The position numbers and the translations under genes are program-made. From assembly GCA_002269645.1 (NCBI GenBank), contig NIVC01000107.1, forward strand, positions 124,001 through 188,000: a DNA stretch of 64,000 nt. Reading direction: 5' to 3'. The number at the start of each line of letters is the position of its first letter. The first letter of the stretch is position 1. Positions 10,207 to 27,430 of the stretch are shown one piece after another. The notes under the pieces are model-generated. The model ran no database searches, had not been told where the DNA came from, and saw only the letters and a program-made list of their open reading frames with translations. Source of the stretch: Macrostomum lignano (Eukaryota).

Positions 10207-13065
10207 TCAATGCTGAGTCCACTGGATGCTCTTCAAATCGACGCCCTCCTGCACCATCTCCCAGAGCGGGCTGAGCTCCCTGAGCCGGCGGACCTGCCTG
10301 ACGCACAAGTCAACAGTGTAGTCCACCTCGGCCTCTGTAGTGAACCGGCCAATCCCGAAGCGGATGCTGGAATGAGCCAGATCTTCATCGGCGCCAATAG
10401 CCCTGAGCACGTAGGACGGCTCCAGGCTGGCCGAGGTGCACGCGCTGCCGGACGACAAGGCGACGTCTTTCAGCGCCATCAGCAGGGATTCGCCTTCGAC
10501 GCAGGCGAAGCTGAGATTAACGCAGCCGGGATAGCAGCTGTCCGGTCGCCGTTAACCACACGTGACTCAGCTGGCTGACTATCCGATCGATTAGGCGTTG
10601 GGACAGCCGGTCAACCCGCTCGGCATCGAAGGCCATCTCTTGGCCGGCCAGCTGGCAGGCGGCGCCGAGGCCGACGGCCAGGAAGCTTGGCACCGTGCCA
10701 GATCGCATCCCGCGCTCCTGGCCGCCGCCGCTCTGCAACGGTTCCAGTCGGACGCGCGGACGCCGACGAACGTAGATAGCGCCGACACCTTTTGGGCCGT
10801 AGAGCTTGTGCCCGGAGATCGACATCAGGTCGATGCAGGCGGCGTTGACGTCGATTGGCATTTTGCCAACTGCCTGAGCAGCGTCTGTGTGAAAGAATAC
10901 GCCGCGGGACCGGCAGAGGGCGCCGATCTTTTCAACAGGCTGACGGACGCCGATTTCATTGTTGACTGTCATGACCGACACCAGGGCGGTGTCGGGGCGG
11001 ATGGCGGACTCTAGGCTGGCCAGGTCTAGTAGACCAGACGGCTTCACTGGCAGGTAAGTTACCTGGCGGTTTGGGTGAATATAGAGATTTATCATAGCTA
11101 ATCTCGGAGGGTGAGAGGATGGATCAATTAGGTCAAAGATATGGCGGCATGATCAAAGATAAGTGAGGGAGGGTTATGGCGGCATGATCAAAGATAAGTG
11201 GTGGAGGGTTATGGCGGCATGATCAAAGATAAGTGGTGGAGGGTTATGGCGGCATGATCAAAGATAAGTGGTGGAGGGTTTTGGCGGTATGATTAAAGAT
11301 AAGTGGGGGAGGGTTATGGCAGCATGATCAAAAATACATGTAAGTGGGAGGGTTATGGCGGCATGATCAAAGATAAGTGGGGAGGGTTATGGCGGCATGA
11401 TCAAAGATAAGTGGTGGAGGGTTTTGGCGGCATGATCAAAGATAAGTGGGGAGGGTTATGGCGGCATGATCAAAGATAAGTGGTGGAGGGTTATGGCAGC
11501 ATGATCAAAAATACATGTAAGTGGGGAGGTTATGGCGGCATGATCAAAGATAAGTGGGGGAGGGTTATGGCGGCATGATCAAAGATAAGTGGGAGGGTTA
11601 TGGCGGCATGATCAAAGATAAGTGGGGAGGGTTATGGCGGCATGATCAAAGATAAGTGGGGAGGGTTATGGCGGCATGATCAAAGATAAGTGGTGGAGGG
11701 TTTTGGCGGCATGATCAAAGATAAGCGAGGAGGGATATGGCGGCATGATCAAAGATCTGGCACCGTAGCGGCCTGGGCAAAGGGGAGGGCTGGCACCGTG
11801 GCGGCCTGGACAAAAGCAAGGAACAATTCGGCAAGCAAACCTCGAATCCCTCGGACTCTAGCGCGCGGCGAGTCGAGCACGCACTTGTGCTCAGTCTGGC
11901 TAGTAATGAGGTGACGCTTCCTTGACTTGTAGAACCTGGCAACGCCTTTAATAGCGATATTATTAGACTCTGTGGCGCCGCTAGTGAACACAATCTCTTT
12001 GGGATCGGCGCCAATGAGCTGGGCCACCTGTGCTCTGGCCTTCTCAACAGCGGTCGGTCTCCCAGCCGTAGGCGTGTGAGCGAGAGTGCGGGTTGCCGAA
12101 CAGGCCGGTACAGTAGGGCAGCATGGCGTCCAGGACACGAGGATCCAGCGGAGTCGTCGCCTATTTTTGAGCAATTCAGAGAAGTGTGGACATCGTGTCG
12201 GTTTTAGTTCACACACTAGGGAGAGCACGAAAAGCGACTCGATCCGGCAAATCAGAGAACAGCAGCCACTATTCCCTTGACCAATCTGAGAACAGCAGCC
12301 GCCATTCCATTGACCAATCGGAGAACAGCAGCCGCTATTCCCTTACCAATCAGAGGACAGCAGCCACTATTCCCTTGACCAATCTGAGAACAGCAGCCGC
12401 CATTCCATTGACAATCGGGAACACAGCGCTATTCCCCTTACCAATCAGAGGACAGCAGCCACTATTCCCTTGACCAATCGGAGAACAGCAGCCGCTATTC
12501 CCTTAACCAATCGGAGAACAGCAGCCGCTATTCCCTTAACCAATCGGAGAACAGCAGCCGCTATTCCCTTGACCAATTGGAGAACAGCAGCCCTAGCCCT
12601 TGACCAATTGGAGAACAGCAGCCGCCATTCCTTGACCAATTGGAAAACAGCAGCCACTATTCCCTTAACCAATCGGAGAACAGCAGCCACTATTCCCTTA
12701 ACCAATCGGAGAACAGCAGCCGCTATTCCCTTGACCAATTGGAGAACAGCAGCCGCCATTCCCTTGACCAATTGGAGAACAGCAGCCGCTGTTTCTTATG
12801 ACCAATCAGAGAATCGAATTATTATACTCTTAATCAATCAGACCCTGTCACATTTTCGACTAATCAGAGAATGACGTATATATTGTATTACGAGTATAAT
12901 AATGAAACAATAAAAGCACACCTGAAGATCCAGATACAGCGGTCGGAATGGAGACTCCCCAGCAGCCGGAGTTGAATCGGTGCTAGCCGGAGCAGCAGTA
13001 GCAGCAGCGGCAGCCTCCGTGCCCAGAAGGCGCTGCCAGTTGCATCTAAGAGCCGACTGGCGCAT
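10207..13065 (-). CDS. NFS1: Mitochondrial cysteine desulfurase; exons ~13065-12922, 12160-11841, 11062-10207; four apparent small deletions
   Basis: The splice gives LYLDLQ|[16 protein letters not shown]. Other motifs: [30 protein letters not shown] (PLP lysine), [21 protein letters not shown] (catalytic Cys) and the terminal WTQH*. GT-AG junctions keep frame. Frameshifts lie near 12050, 11865 and two near 10540-10560. The start codon is uncertain (13065 or upstream in-frame ATGs to 13134). Confidence 0.93.
11130..11750. repeat. ~35-bp minisatellite in NFS1 intron 2
   Basis: ggcggcatgatcaaagataagtggggagggttat units. Confidence 0.95.
12240..12800. repeat. ~33-bp minisatellite in NFS1 intron 1
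   Basis: ccaatcggagaacagcagccgctattcccttga units. Confidence 0.95.
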
Positions 13066-13164
13066 GAGTAGCAAGCTTCGGCAGCCTCGGTGAATAGCGG
13101 TTAGCGCAGTCAGAGATGACATGCTGAGCGGCATGCATTAGAAGGAATAGTTTATCACTAAATA

Positions 13165-13870
13165 TTTCTGGGAGGCTGGCCCAGCAACTGAGGATCTGGG
13201 AGGCTGACCCAGCAACTGAGGATCTGGGAGGCTGGCCCAGCAACTGAGGATCTGGGGGCTGCCCAGCAACTGAGGATCTGGGAGGCTGGCCCAGCAACTG
13301 AGGATCTGGGAGGCTGGCCAGAAACTGAGGATCTGGGAGGCTGGCCAGCAACTGAGGATCTGGGAGGCTGGCCCAGCAACTGAGGATCTGGGAGGCTGGC
13401 CCAGCAACTGAGGATCTGGGAGGCTGGCCAGCAACTGAGGATCTGGAGGCTGGCCAGAACTGAGGATCTGGAGGCTGGCCCAGCAACTGAGGATCTGGGA
13501 GGCTGGCCCAGCAACTGAGGATCTGGGAGGCTGGCCAGCAACTGAGGATCTGGGAGGCTGGCCCAGCAACTGAGGATCTGGGAGGCTGCCCAGCAACTGA
13601 GGATCTGGGAGGCTGGCCCAGCAACTGAGGATCTGGGAGGCTGGCCAGCAACTGAGGATCTGGGAGGCTGGCCCAGCAACTGAGGATCTGGGAGGCTGGC
13701 CAGCAACTGAGGATCTGGGAGGCTGGCCCAGCAACTGAGGATCTGGGAGGCTGGACCAGCAACTGAGGATCTGGAGGCTGGCCCAGCAACTGAGGATCTG
13801 GGAGGCTGGCCCAGCAACTGAGGATCTGGAGGCTGGCCCAGCAACTGAGGATGGGAGGCTGGCCCAGCAG
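13165..13870. repeat. 29-30-bp minisatellite immediately upstream of NFS1
   Basis: ggcccagcaactgaggatctgggaggct units; the same family recurs at 41335-41485. Confidence 0.95.
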
Positions 13871-14859
13871 ATATAACGAGTAAGTAGATCAGATCAGTCG
13901 CACACAATACAAGTCTGCAAAAGTTGACAATACAAAGCCAATTTGCAGTTTATTAGTTAACACACCAATCGGTCAGATTGAATCAGTTGAAAACCAGATG
14001 TCGTTAGACGATTATTAAACACAAATAGCAGGCTTGGAATTTTACTTCTTTAAAAAAAACTAAAGTAACGATTAGAAATTATAAGTACAAGAACACAATT
14101 AATGACGTTAAAAACGTACAAATACTACTGATATTAATATATAAAAGGAACAGTGGCTAGAGAAAAAATAAAAAGTTTCGGATTGAATCCGGAAAAATCG
14201 ATCTTAGAAGCGCATAATTTTGCTTACAGTGACTCTTTCAGAACAGATAAATAATTAATTACACGAATAGATCGGGTTAACAGCTTTAAATCAGGATTGG
14301 CGCTTGATTATATTATTAATTAAAACAGCTTGAACACAGCAACAAGAGGCATAAAAACAAACAATCTCATGGTTCAAACCAGCTCAAGTCGGTCAGTTGC
14401 CAGGGATTAAGTGGCAGGACTAGGCAGAAGAGACGGCTGGTGGCTGAGCTGGTATAAAAGTACAACAATTGAAGAAATCTTTACAGTTGAAAGGCTCTAT
14501 TGCACCGGTGCGCGCTAAAACTAACATTTAACGCGTGCAACTACTGAAACTAGTAGCTCGTACGCGAGTGCAGCAGTCAGGGGATAGCAGCTTTCATGAC
14601 AGGTTGGAGCAGTTAATAAGGGTTAGGCAATTCGCCAGCATTAAAAAAGGCTAAATGTCGACTGTACAAGCCAATTGAAACGACAGATACTACTGCCAGA
14701 CACAACAGAGGTGTAGCACTTTTGAACAAGTTTGACAAGTGACTCTGCACACATCGAGATAATAGAAATATTTGACACACGTGACTGAGACATTAGGCAC
14801 TTTTTGAAACTCTAGATACTACTGACTGACACTGACGCTATAGACGGTACTGAGCATAT

Positions 14860-15175
14860 AAAACACTATATATACTACTGACACCAAAGAATACTAGCTA
14901 TAATATATACTACTGACACCAAGAATTAGCTATATATACTACTCAAACTATAGAATACTAGTTGTATGTACTACTGACACTATAGAATACTAGTTGTATG
15001 TACTACTGACACTATAGAATACTAGTTGTATACTACTGACACTATAGAATACTAGTTGTATGTACTACTGACACTATAGAATACTAGTTGTATGTACTAC
15101 TGACACTATAGAATACTAGCTATACATACTGACATCATTGAAAGAATACTAGCTATATATACTACTGACCAATAA
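14860..15175. repeat. ~32-bp AT-rich minisatellite
   Basis: tactactgacactatagaatactagttgtatg units. Confidence 0.85.
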
Positions 15176-15398
15176 ATATTAGCAACGCAGTACTACACAG
15201 TTATTAAACGTACACAGGAAATGAACCCCAGACACAGGAAAAAATCAAGAAAGTAAACTATAGACACAACTAGTTCAAATTAGTGCGCACGGGACGCCCG
15301 TCTCGAGCCACCGCCGCTCTCGCTCGACCTGGCATCGGCATCTTCGCTAGGCGACAGTAGCAGCTGACGCAGGGAGCGCAAACCGGACGGACTAACGT

Positions 15399-15802
15399 TC
15401 ACGGACAGGGCCACGCAGTGAGTCTCCCTTCTGGTGGCGTCTCGCATAGAACGGGCAGGTCGCGCAGGTGATGCAACGATGTCACCCCTTCGTAGCCGTT
15501 GTCCAATTCGAATTCCCACAGGCCGTCGCGCAGCATCTCTTGCCGTGCGGCCGGCCAATGTAGAAAATTCGGCGCCAAAATTGATGTCAGCGGGCGGGAC
15601 GGGCCGAGGCTCTCCAGAGCGGACACCACGTCCACTGGTCGTGTCCGGAGAGTAATACTCGGCGAATTGAGAACGGGCTCTCGATGAATCGGGCGTGCCG
15701 CCGAATACGAATATTCGATTGCCGACCAGGTGCATGCTGTGGCCGAATCGTGCTGCGTTATGTCCGCCAGCGCGGCTGAACTCATTCGATGGCTGCTCGT
15801 AT
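15399..15802 (-). CDS. Kelch-repeat protein, 3' exon (frameshifted; upstream exons not seen)
   Basis: After acceptor ccccag it reads YEQPSNEFSRAGGHNAARFGHSMHLVGNRIFVFGG...EYYSPDT (kelch R.GH...FVFGG and Y.P motifs). The frame then shifts to ...VVSALESLGP...GLWEFELDNG. The true end is uncertain. Confidence 0.65.
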
Positions 15803-15824
15803 CTGGGGGGCCGCAGGGAAGAGG

Positions 15825-16214
15825 TGCCAGTTGATTGGGGATCTGGGTGAAGCCAGTTTGATTGGGGATCTGGATGAAGCCAGTTTGATGGGGATCTGGG
15901 TGAAGCCAGTTTGATTGGGGATCTGGGGTGAAGCCTTTGATTGGGGATCTGGGGTGAAGCCAGTTTGATTGGGATTCTGGATGAAGCCAGTTTGATTGGG
16001 GATCTGGGATGAAGCCAGTTTGATTGGGATCTGGGGTGAAGCCAGTTTGATTGGGGATCTGGGATTGAAGCCAGTTTGATTGGGGATCTGGGATGAAGCC
16101 AGTTTGATTGGGGATCTGGATGAAGCCAGTTTGATTGGGGATCTGGGGTGAAGCCAGTTGATTTGGATCTGCGGGTGATGCCAGTTGATTGGGGATCTGG
16201 GATGATGCCAGTTT
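15825..16214. repeat. ~28-29-bp minisatellite running into the gap
   Basis: gaagccagtttgattggggatctgggat units. Confidence 0.9.
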
Positions 16215-16567
16215 NNNNNNNNNNNNNNNNNNNNNNNNNNNNNNNNNNNNNNNNNNNNNNNNNNNNNNNNNNNNNNNNNNNNNNNNNNNNNNNNNNNNNN
16301 NNNNNNNNNNNNNNNNNNNNNNNNNNNNNNNNNNNNNNNNNNNNNNNNNNNNNNNNNNNNNNNNNNNNNNNNNNNNNNNNNNNNNNNNNNNNNNNNNNNN
16401 NNNNNNNNNNNNNNNNNNNNNNNNNNNNNNNNNNNNNNNNNNNNNNNNNNNNNNNNNNNNNNNNNNNNNNNNNNNNNNNNNNNNNNNNNNNNNNNNNNNN
16501 NNNNNNNNNNNNNNNNNNNNNNNNNNNNNNNNNNNNNNNNNNNNNNNNNNNNNNNNNNNNNNNNNNN

Positions 16568-19500
16568 GCTCTGCTCAGTGTAATGTACAGTGCAGGTGTA
16601 CACCTGCACGCGCGCGTGTGATTGGCTGACGCTTTGTCAGACAACCTTTATTGTTGGCCAGCTATATTAAATACAAGCTCTCTGCCTTTGGGGGGGTCTT
16701 ACCCCCGAAGTGGAGTTTTACAGTGGCGACGAGACTGAAACGACCCTGCGCAAATGAGTGCAAGTGCACTAGGGCTTGTCGGCCCATACGAAGAAGGCTC
16801 TGAGCCGTGGCATATGTACCAAGCAAGGTTAGAACAATATTTTGTTGCAATGACGTCACTGAGGAAGCGAAAAAGCGAGCGATTCTGCTGAGTTCATGCG
16901 GCAAGAAAGTCTTCCATCTGGCCTTCAGTCTTCTGTCTCCTGCCACAGCCATCAGCCAAGAGCTACACCGAAATTTGCGAAGCACTGAAGAGCCATTTCG
17001 AGCCTGAGAAGTCCGAGATCGTCCATCGTTACCGGTTCTACACCAGAAATCGCAGGGAAGGTGAGGGCGTCGCGGACTTCGTCGCAGACCTCCGAGACCT
17101 GGCTCGCGACTGCAAGTTCGGCGACAGCCTGACTTCGATGCTTCGCGACAGGCTGGTGCTGGGAATCAACAACGACAGCGCTCAGCGGCGGCTGCTGGCG
17201 GAGCCCGATCTCACTCTAGCGAAGGCATTGAAGCTGGCCCTGGCGCCACGAGTCCGCCGCCAAGGGCTGCCAGCTGGTGTCGGGAGCGAGTAAGCAGATC
17301 CAGTCAGTCAGGAGTCCGTCAGCATTTTCAAGCAACAGCAGAAGTCATCTTCGACGAGGAGGTGCTTCAGGTGCCTGTCAACGAAGCATCTCGCTAATAA
17401 GTGCCCGTTCGCCACCCAGAAGTGCTACAAGTGCTCAAAGACCGGCCACACGGCGGCTGCCTGCAAATTCCAGTCGAAGGACGATAGAAGAGAGGCTCTG
17501 CAGATGCAGGACGGCGAGGAAAAAGACAGCTGCAAGGAGGAAACGGCCCACTCTCTGTACCAGCTGTCCGGCAAGCGGGTGTCGAAGGTGCCGCCAATTA
17601 CAACGACGACGGTGCGCATCAATGGCCGACCTGTTGTCATGGAAGTGGACACCGGAGCCTCCGTGTCCTTGTATCCTCGAAGACCTACAGGACCGTGCTC
17701 AACTCCCAGCCAGCACTGCAGCCTGCGTCGTGCAGCTGCGAACATACTCCGGTGAGAAAGTGCCAATGAAGGCTGCATCTGCCGTTGCTGTGGAAGCTGC
17801 TGAAGCACCGCCCAAGTCACTCAGCCTCCTTGTGGTCGCCGGCTGCGGATCCGACCTGCCTCGGAAGAGACTGGCTGTCCGAGTTGCGGCTCGACTGGAG
17901 ATCAATCAAGCAGGTGGCAGCTGCTCCTGAGGTGTCGCCCAGACTGCAGCAGCTGCTCGACAAGTACAGCGATGTTTTTTCACCTGAGCTAGGAAGTACA
18001 ACGGACCGCCAGTGAGCTTGAATATGAAGCCCGATGCTCAACCTCGCTTTATGAAGGCCAGGAATCTCCCCTTTGCTTTGAAGGACAAGGTGGAGAGCCA
18101 ACTGAACCGCGAGATCGAACAAGGAATCCTGGTGCCCGTGCAGCACTCCGAGTACGCATCGCCGGTGGTGCCAGTGCTCAAGTCGACGGCTCTGTGAGGG
18201 TCTGCGCCGACTTTAAGCAGACCGTCAACCGAACGTGGAGCCCGACTCGTATCCTCTGCCACGGATCGAAGAGCTGTTCGCGAAGCTGACTGGTGGCGGC
18301 TCTTTACTAAGCTCGACTTGTCGCAGGCGTACATGCAGCTGCCACTCGATGAGGCCTCCCAGGAAGTCTGCACGATCAATACGCACAAAGGGCTGCTTCG
18401 GTACACGCGGCTGCCCTTCGGTGTCTCGCCAGCGGTCGGGATTTTTCAGCGCCGGATGGACTGCTTGCTGCAAGGAATCACCAGCACCGCCTGCTTCATC
18501 GATGACCTCATCATCACCGGGAAGGGCGACAGCAGTCATCTGAACTCCCTGGAGCAGGTTCTGGAGAAGCTGAGCCAGAGTGGCCTCCGGTGCAAACTGG
18601 AGAAGTGCCAGTTCATGCAGACGAGCATCAGTTATCTCGGTCACCGCATCGATGCCGACGGCCTGCACCCGATCAAAGACAAGGTCGAGGCAATTGTCAG
18701 CGCTCCAGCTCCCAAGGACGCAACTCAGCTGCGCAGCTTCCTAGGCATGGTGAACTACTATGGCAAATTCCTGCCTAATTTGTCTCAAATCCTGGCACCG
18801 CTGCACCTGCTGCTGCGTGAGCAACACCGCTGGAACTGGGGCGCTGCTCAGAACTCCGCTTTCGAGAAGTGCAAGGCCCTGCTGTCTTCGGCTCCGGTAT
18901 TGGCGCACTTTGACCCGAGCGAAGACCTGCTGCTCGAGTGCGACGCGTCCCCTTACGGTCTGGGTGCGGTCATCAGCCACAGGATCGATGGAGCTGTCCG
19001 GCCTGTGGCCTTTGCCTCGCGTACGTTGCACGACGCTGAGAAAAACTACTCGCAGCTCGAGAAGGAAGCCCTCGCTGTAGTGTTTGCGGTCAAGAAGTTC
19101 AACGCGTACCTGTTCGGCCGCCCATTTCTGCTGGTGAGTGACCACAAACCTCTGCTTGGATTGCTTGCTGAGAACAAGGCCGTGCCGGCCCTGGCATCTG
19201 GAGGAATTCAGAGGTGGGCTCTGCTGCTGTCTGGCTATAACTACCGCATGGTTCACCGAGCCGGAGCCTCACTGCTATGCGCCGATGCCCTGAGTCGCCT
19301 GCCGCTGCCCGGCAAGCCGGCGACGGTCCCGAAGCTGGCAGAACTGGTCATGCTGATGGACCACCTGGACGATGGACCTGTCACGGCAGCTCAGATACGC
19401 GGCCTGACTCGAAGGGACCCCACACTAGCCCGAGCTCTGCACTTCACGCAAATCGGCTGGCCAGAGCGGGTCAGTGACGATCTGCTGCCATACTCCAAGA

Positions 19501-21116
19501 GAGCGGCTGAGCTCAGTGTGCAAGACGGCTGCCTCCTGTGGGGCGCTCGAGTGGTGGTCCCGGTTGGAGCGCGAGCTGCACTGCTCCAGGTGCTGCATCA
19601 AGGTCATGCGGGGGCGTCACGCATGAAGACGTTAGCCCGAGGTTATTTCTGGTGGCCAGGATTAGACTCGGAGATCGAAAACCTGGCCAAGGCCTGCTCC
19701 GACTGTCAGGAGTTGCAGAACGCCCCGGCGCCTTCGCCAATGTTGTCGTGGCCGTGGCCTGACCGACCGTGGTCTCGAGTGCATATCGACTATGCGGGTC
19801 CGGTGTCTGGCAAGATGCTGCTGGTTGTCGTCGATGCCCATTCAAAGTGGCTGGATGTGCATGTGGTGACGTCAGCGACCTCAGCTGTCACCATCCAGAA
19901 ACTCCGCTCCAGCTTCGCGACGCACGGGTTGCCAGATGTGCTGGTGTCGGACAATGGGCCCAACTTGGTCAGCGAGGAGATGTCCGACTTTCTCCAGAAG
20001 AACGGCATTCAGCACGTGCGCGTTGCTCCCTACCATCCGGCGTCCAACGGCCTGGCGGAACGAGCTGTCCAGACGCTGAAGCGGTCCCTGGAGAAGCAGC
20101 GCGAAGACTCCTTGGAGGATAAGGTCGCCCGGTTCCTGCTGAGCTACCGGGTCACTCCGCATGCGACAACTGGTGTGGCTCCCTGCGAACTCCTGATGGG
20201 ACGGCACCTGTGCACGTTGCTAGATCGAGCTCGGCCAGACCTGGGAGCAAGAGCACAGCGTAAGCAAAATCAGCAAAAAGAGCACCACGACTGCAAAGCT
20301 CGGTTTAGGACCTTCGAGACTGGAGACGCTGTACTGGCCAGAGACTTTGGAGCCAACGGAGGTCGGTGGAAGCCGGCGCGAGTTGTCGGTGCCACCGGTC
20401 CGACCTCCTACCTGTGCGGATTCGATGGCGACGACCGAGTGGTGCGGCGGCACGTTGACCATGTCCGCGGTGGTCCTGAGCAGCCGCGGCCTACAGGAGC
20501 TGGCGTGACAGACGGTGCTACCGACGCCAAGGCCGCACCTGAGCCGGAAGCTGCGATGCCGGCCGTGGACGAGCCGCCAAACCTGGCTGCTCCTGGAGAC
20601 CCTGAGATCGACGGGTCTCTGCGCCGATCGTCGCGAGTTCGACGTCCCCCGGAGCGCCTGAGCTACGGGTGACGTCATCTGTGAAAGAGACTGTTTTGAA
20701 TTACTGTAGTATTCGGACGTTTAATTTTGGATTTTGAACTTTGTTATGGTTATGGTTTATTTTCCTTTATTTTGTTGTGTCGTTGCTTTCCTATCTGGCG
20801 TTTGCGTAGTTTTGGTGCTGGTTAATTAATTATTATTTATTATTAAGTTATTTTTTTGAGTTATTGTTCCTCACTAAAATGTGTTGCGCTAATGTATTCT
20901 CTTGCGATCCCTGATCCCCATGTAGATGGGGAGGGATGTGGTAGCGTGGGTCTGCTCAGTGGCTCTGCTCAGTGTAATGTACAGTGCAGGTGTACACCTG
21001 CACGCGTGCGTGTGATTGGCTGACGCTTTGTCAGACAACCTTTATTGTTGGCCAGCTATATTAAATACAAGCTCTCTGCCTTTGGGGGGTCTTACCCCCG
21101 AAGTGGAGTTTTTACA
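16568..21116 (+). mobile_element. Ty3/Gypsy LTR retrotransposon (Mag-like): LTR-PBS-gag-pro-RT-RH-IN-PPT-LTR
   Basis: 5' LTR 16568-16722 (start lies in the gap). PBS tggcgacgag at 16724-16733 is complementary to the tRNA-Ser(GCU) 3' end. Gag from ATG 16754 (WHMYQARLEQYFVA) has two CCHC knuckles near 17360-17465. Protease VDTGAS is near 17645. RT (FIDD), RNase H (CDASPYGLGAV) and integrase (HQGH, HIDY, SDNG, NGLAER) lie in 18318-20672. PPT is at 20925-20936 and the 3' LTR is 20937-21116 (TG...CA). Gag-pro carries several frameshifts. Confidence 0.95.
18318..20672 (+). CDS. Gypsy pol (RT C-terminal part, RNase H, integrase)
   Basis: 784-aa ORF with YTRLPFGVSPAVGIFQR, FIDD, FLGMVNYY, YSQLEKEAL, HIDYAGP and SNGLAERAVQT. 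Confidence 0.95.
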   Translation: MSQAYMQLPLDEASQEVCTINTHKGLLRYTRLPFGVSPAVGIFQRRMDCLLQGITSTACFIDDLIITGKGDSSHLNSLEQVLEKLSQSGLRCKLEKCQFMQTSISYLGHRIDADGLHPIKDKVEAIVSAPAPKDATQLRSFLGMVNYYGKFLPNLSQILAPLHLLLREQHRWNWGAAQNSAFEKCKALLSSAPVLAHFDPSEDLLLECDASPYGLGAVISHRIDGAVRPVAFASRTLHDAEKNYSQLEKEALAVVFAVKKFNAYLFGRPFLLVSDHKPLLGLLAENKAVPALASGGIQRWALLLSGYNYRMVHRAGASLLCADALSRLPLPGKPATVPKLAELVMLMDHLDDGPVTAAQIRGLTRRDPTLARALHFTQIGWPERVSDDLLPYSKRAAELSVQDGCLLWGARVVVPVGARAALLQVLHQGHAGASRMKTLARGYFWWPGLDSEIENLAKACSDCQELQNAPAPSPMLSWPWPDRPWSRVHIDYAGPVSGKMLLVVVDAHSKWLDVHVVTSATSAVTIQKLRSSFATHGLPDVLVSDNGPNLVSEEMSDFLQKNGIQHVRVAPYHPASNGLAERAVQTLKRSLEKQREDSLEDKVARFLLSYRVTPHATTGVAPCELLMGRHLCTLLDRARPDLGARAQRKQNQQKEHHDCKARFRTFETGDAVLARDFGANGGRWKPARVVGATGPTSYLCGFDGDDRVVRRHVDHVRGGPEQPRPTGAGVTDGATDAKAAPEPEAAMPAVDEPPNLAAPGDPEIDGSLRRSSRVRRPPERLSYG

Positions 21117-25720
<4,604 letters not shown>

Positions 25721-25726
25721 CCCCCC

Positions 25727-26360
25727 AATTCGGCGACAAGCTAATTCGACTAATATGCTAATATGCATGATCTAATAGGCTTCCAGTTAATTCGGCGACA
25801 AGCAAATTCGACTAAAATGCTAATATGCATGATCTAATAGGCTTCCAGTTAATTCGGCGACAAGCTAATTCGACTAATATGCTAATATGCATGATCTAAT
25901 AGGCTTCCAGTTAATTCGGCGACAAGCTAATTCGACTAATATGCTAATATGCATGATCTAATAGGCTTCCAGTTAATTCGGCGACAAGCTAATTCGACTA
26001 ATATGCTAATATGCATGATCTAATAGGCTTCCAGTTAATTCGGCGACAAGCTAATTCGACTAATATGCTAATATGCATGATCTAATAGGCTTCCAGTTAA
26101 TTCGGCGACAAGCTAATTCGACTAATATGCTAATATGCATGATCTAATAGGCTTCCAGTTAATTCGGCGACAAGCTAATTCGACTAATATGCTAATATGC
26201 ATGATCTAATAGGCTTCCAGTTAATTCGGCGACAAGCAAATTCGACTAAAATGCTAATATGCATGATCTAATAGGCTTCCAGTTAATTCGGCGACAAGCA
26301 AATTCGACTAAAATGCTTATATGCATGATCTAATAGGCTTCCAGTTAATTCGGCGACAAG
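25727..26360. repeat. 62-bp tandem array, ~10 highly homogeneous copies
   Basis: Unit aattcggcgacaagctaattcgactaatatgctaatatgcatgatctaataggcttccagtt starts at 25727, 25789, 25851 ... 26347. Confidence 0.95.
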
Positions 26361-27430
26361 CAAATTCGGTGACAACCGATTCGGCGACAAGTCAGTTCGG
26401 CGACAGCCGATTCGGCGAATGCTGAAGGTTAAAGAAAGCTATATACAACACTCGTTGAAATTTAAAATATTTCATTATAGTCATTATAATCCTTGCCATT
26501 CAAGTAAGGTGTGATGACGTACAGTGTAGTTGTGTTGTGTGAGAGGGGTTGAGGGGAAGTGGGGTAGGAATGTTCTTTGTCTCGATGCGTCACCCAGTGT
26601 TTGCTTGTTCGTTCCATTCCTTTTCCTTTGCCCCTTTTGCTTTGTGTACAGTGTATGAAACCCTCGAGGGTCTTTGTTGCTTGCTAAATATAGAAGCAAC
26701 GGGCTCTTTCGGAGCCTCAATCTTTCTTCGGCAGTAGACACGGCCCTACAAAATAAGGTAATATTTTGTTTTAAAAATAAGCATGCCGAATAACACGTTT
26801 TTAAAGAGGTGCGTGTATACGCCCCCTTTGGAGTCTGGGTCTCGTCCAGACCAGGTACGTACGGATCCAGAAAATTTTTAATGGGGGAGCGCAGATTACT
26901 AAAGGTATACACTTATAAGTGTATATTAGGTACATATGTATATGTACACGATATTTTTGTATTTTGCATATAAAAAAGCAAAAAATTGAGACTCAACGGG
27001 GGCGCGCGTCCAGTGCGCCTCCCCCCCCCTAAATCCGCCACTGGTCCGGACGGCGGTAGGGACAACCGTGTCAAAGGCAATCGACCATATAAGTTGACGT
27101 AGTTTACGGGATTAGAGAAGTACACATGCATATTTAATTCACGATAATTACAAAATACACAATTCAACCAGGATTTTCGATGTTTAGTCTGTTCAACAAT
27201 TGTTCTTAGGGTCTCAACATTTGTTTTACTATAAGCATGTGTGATACACCGGGAAAAGCATAGTATATGTGTGGCATGTGAGGCTTACCACTTTGGCTTA
27301 TTTTGAAATCGGAGTAAACATGCAAAATTAACGCAATGGATGACAACTTAACCTGGTCGTATGTCGCCGAACTGACTGTCGCCGAATTGCCTGCCGCCGA
27401 GTCAACCTGTCGCCGAATTAACTGGTTCCC
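26347..27430. mobile_element. Possible MITE or foldback-like element with inverted clusters of ttcggcgaca
   Basis: A cluster of ttcggcgaca at 26347-26420 faces an inverted cluster of tgtcgccgaa at 27360-27430 ending ...aattaactggttccc. Confidence 0.4.

Noticed and set aside
25727-26360. Regular array resembling CRISPR
   Set aside because: Units are identical head-to-tail with no unique spacers, no cas genes are present, and the context is eukaryotic.
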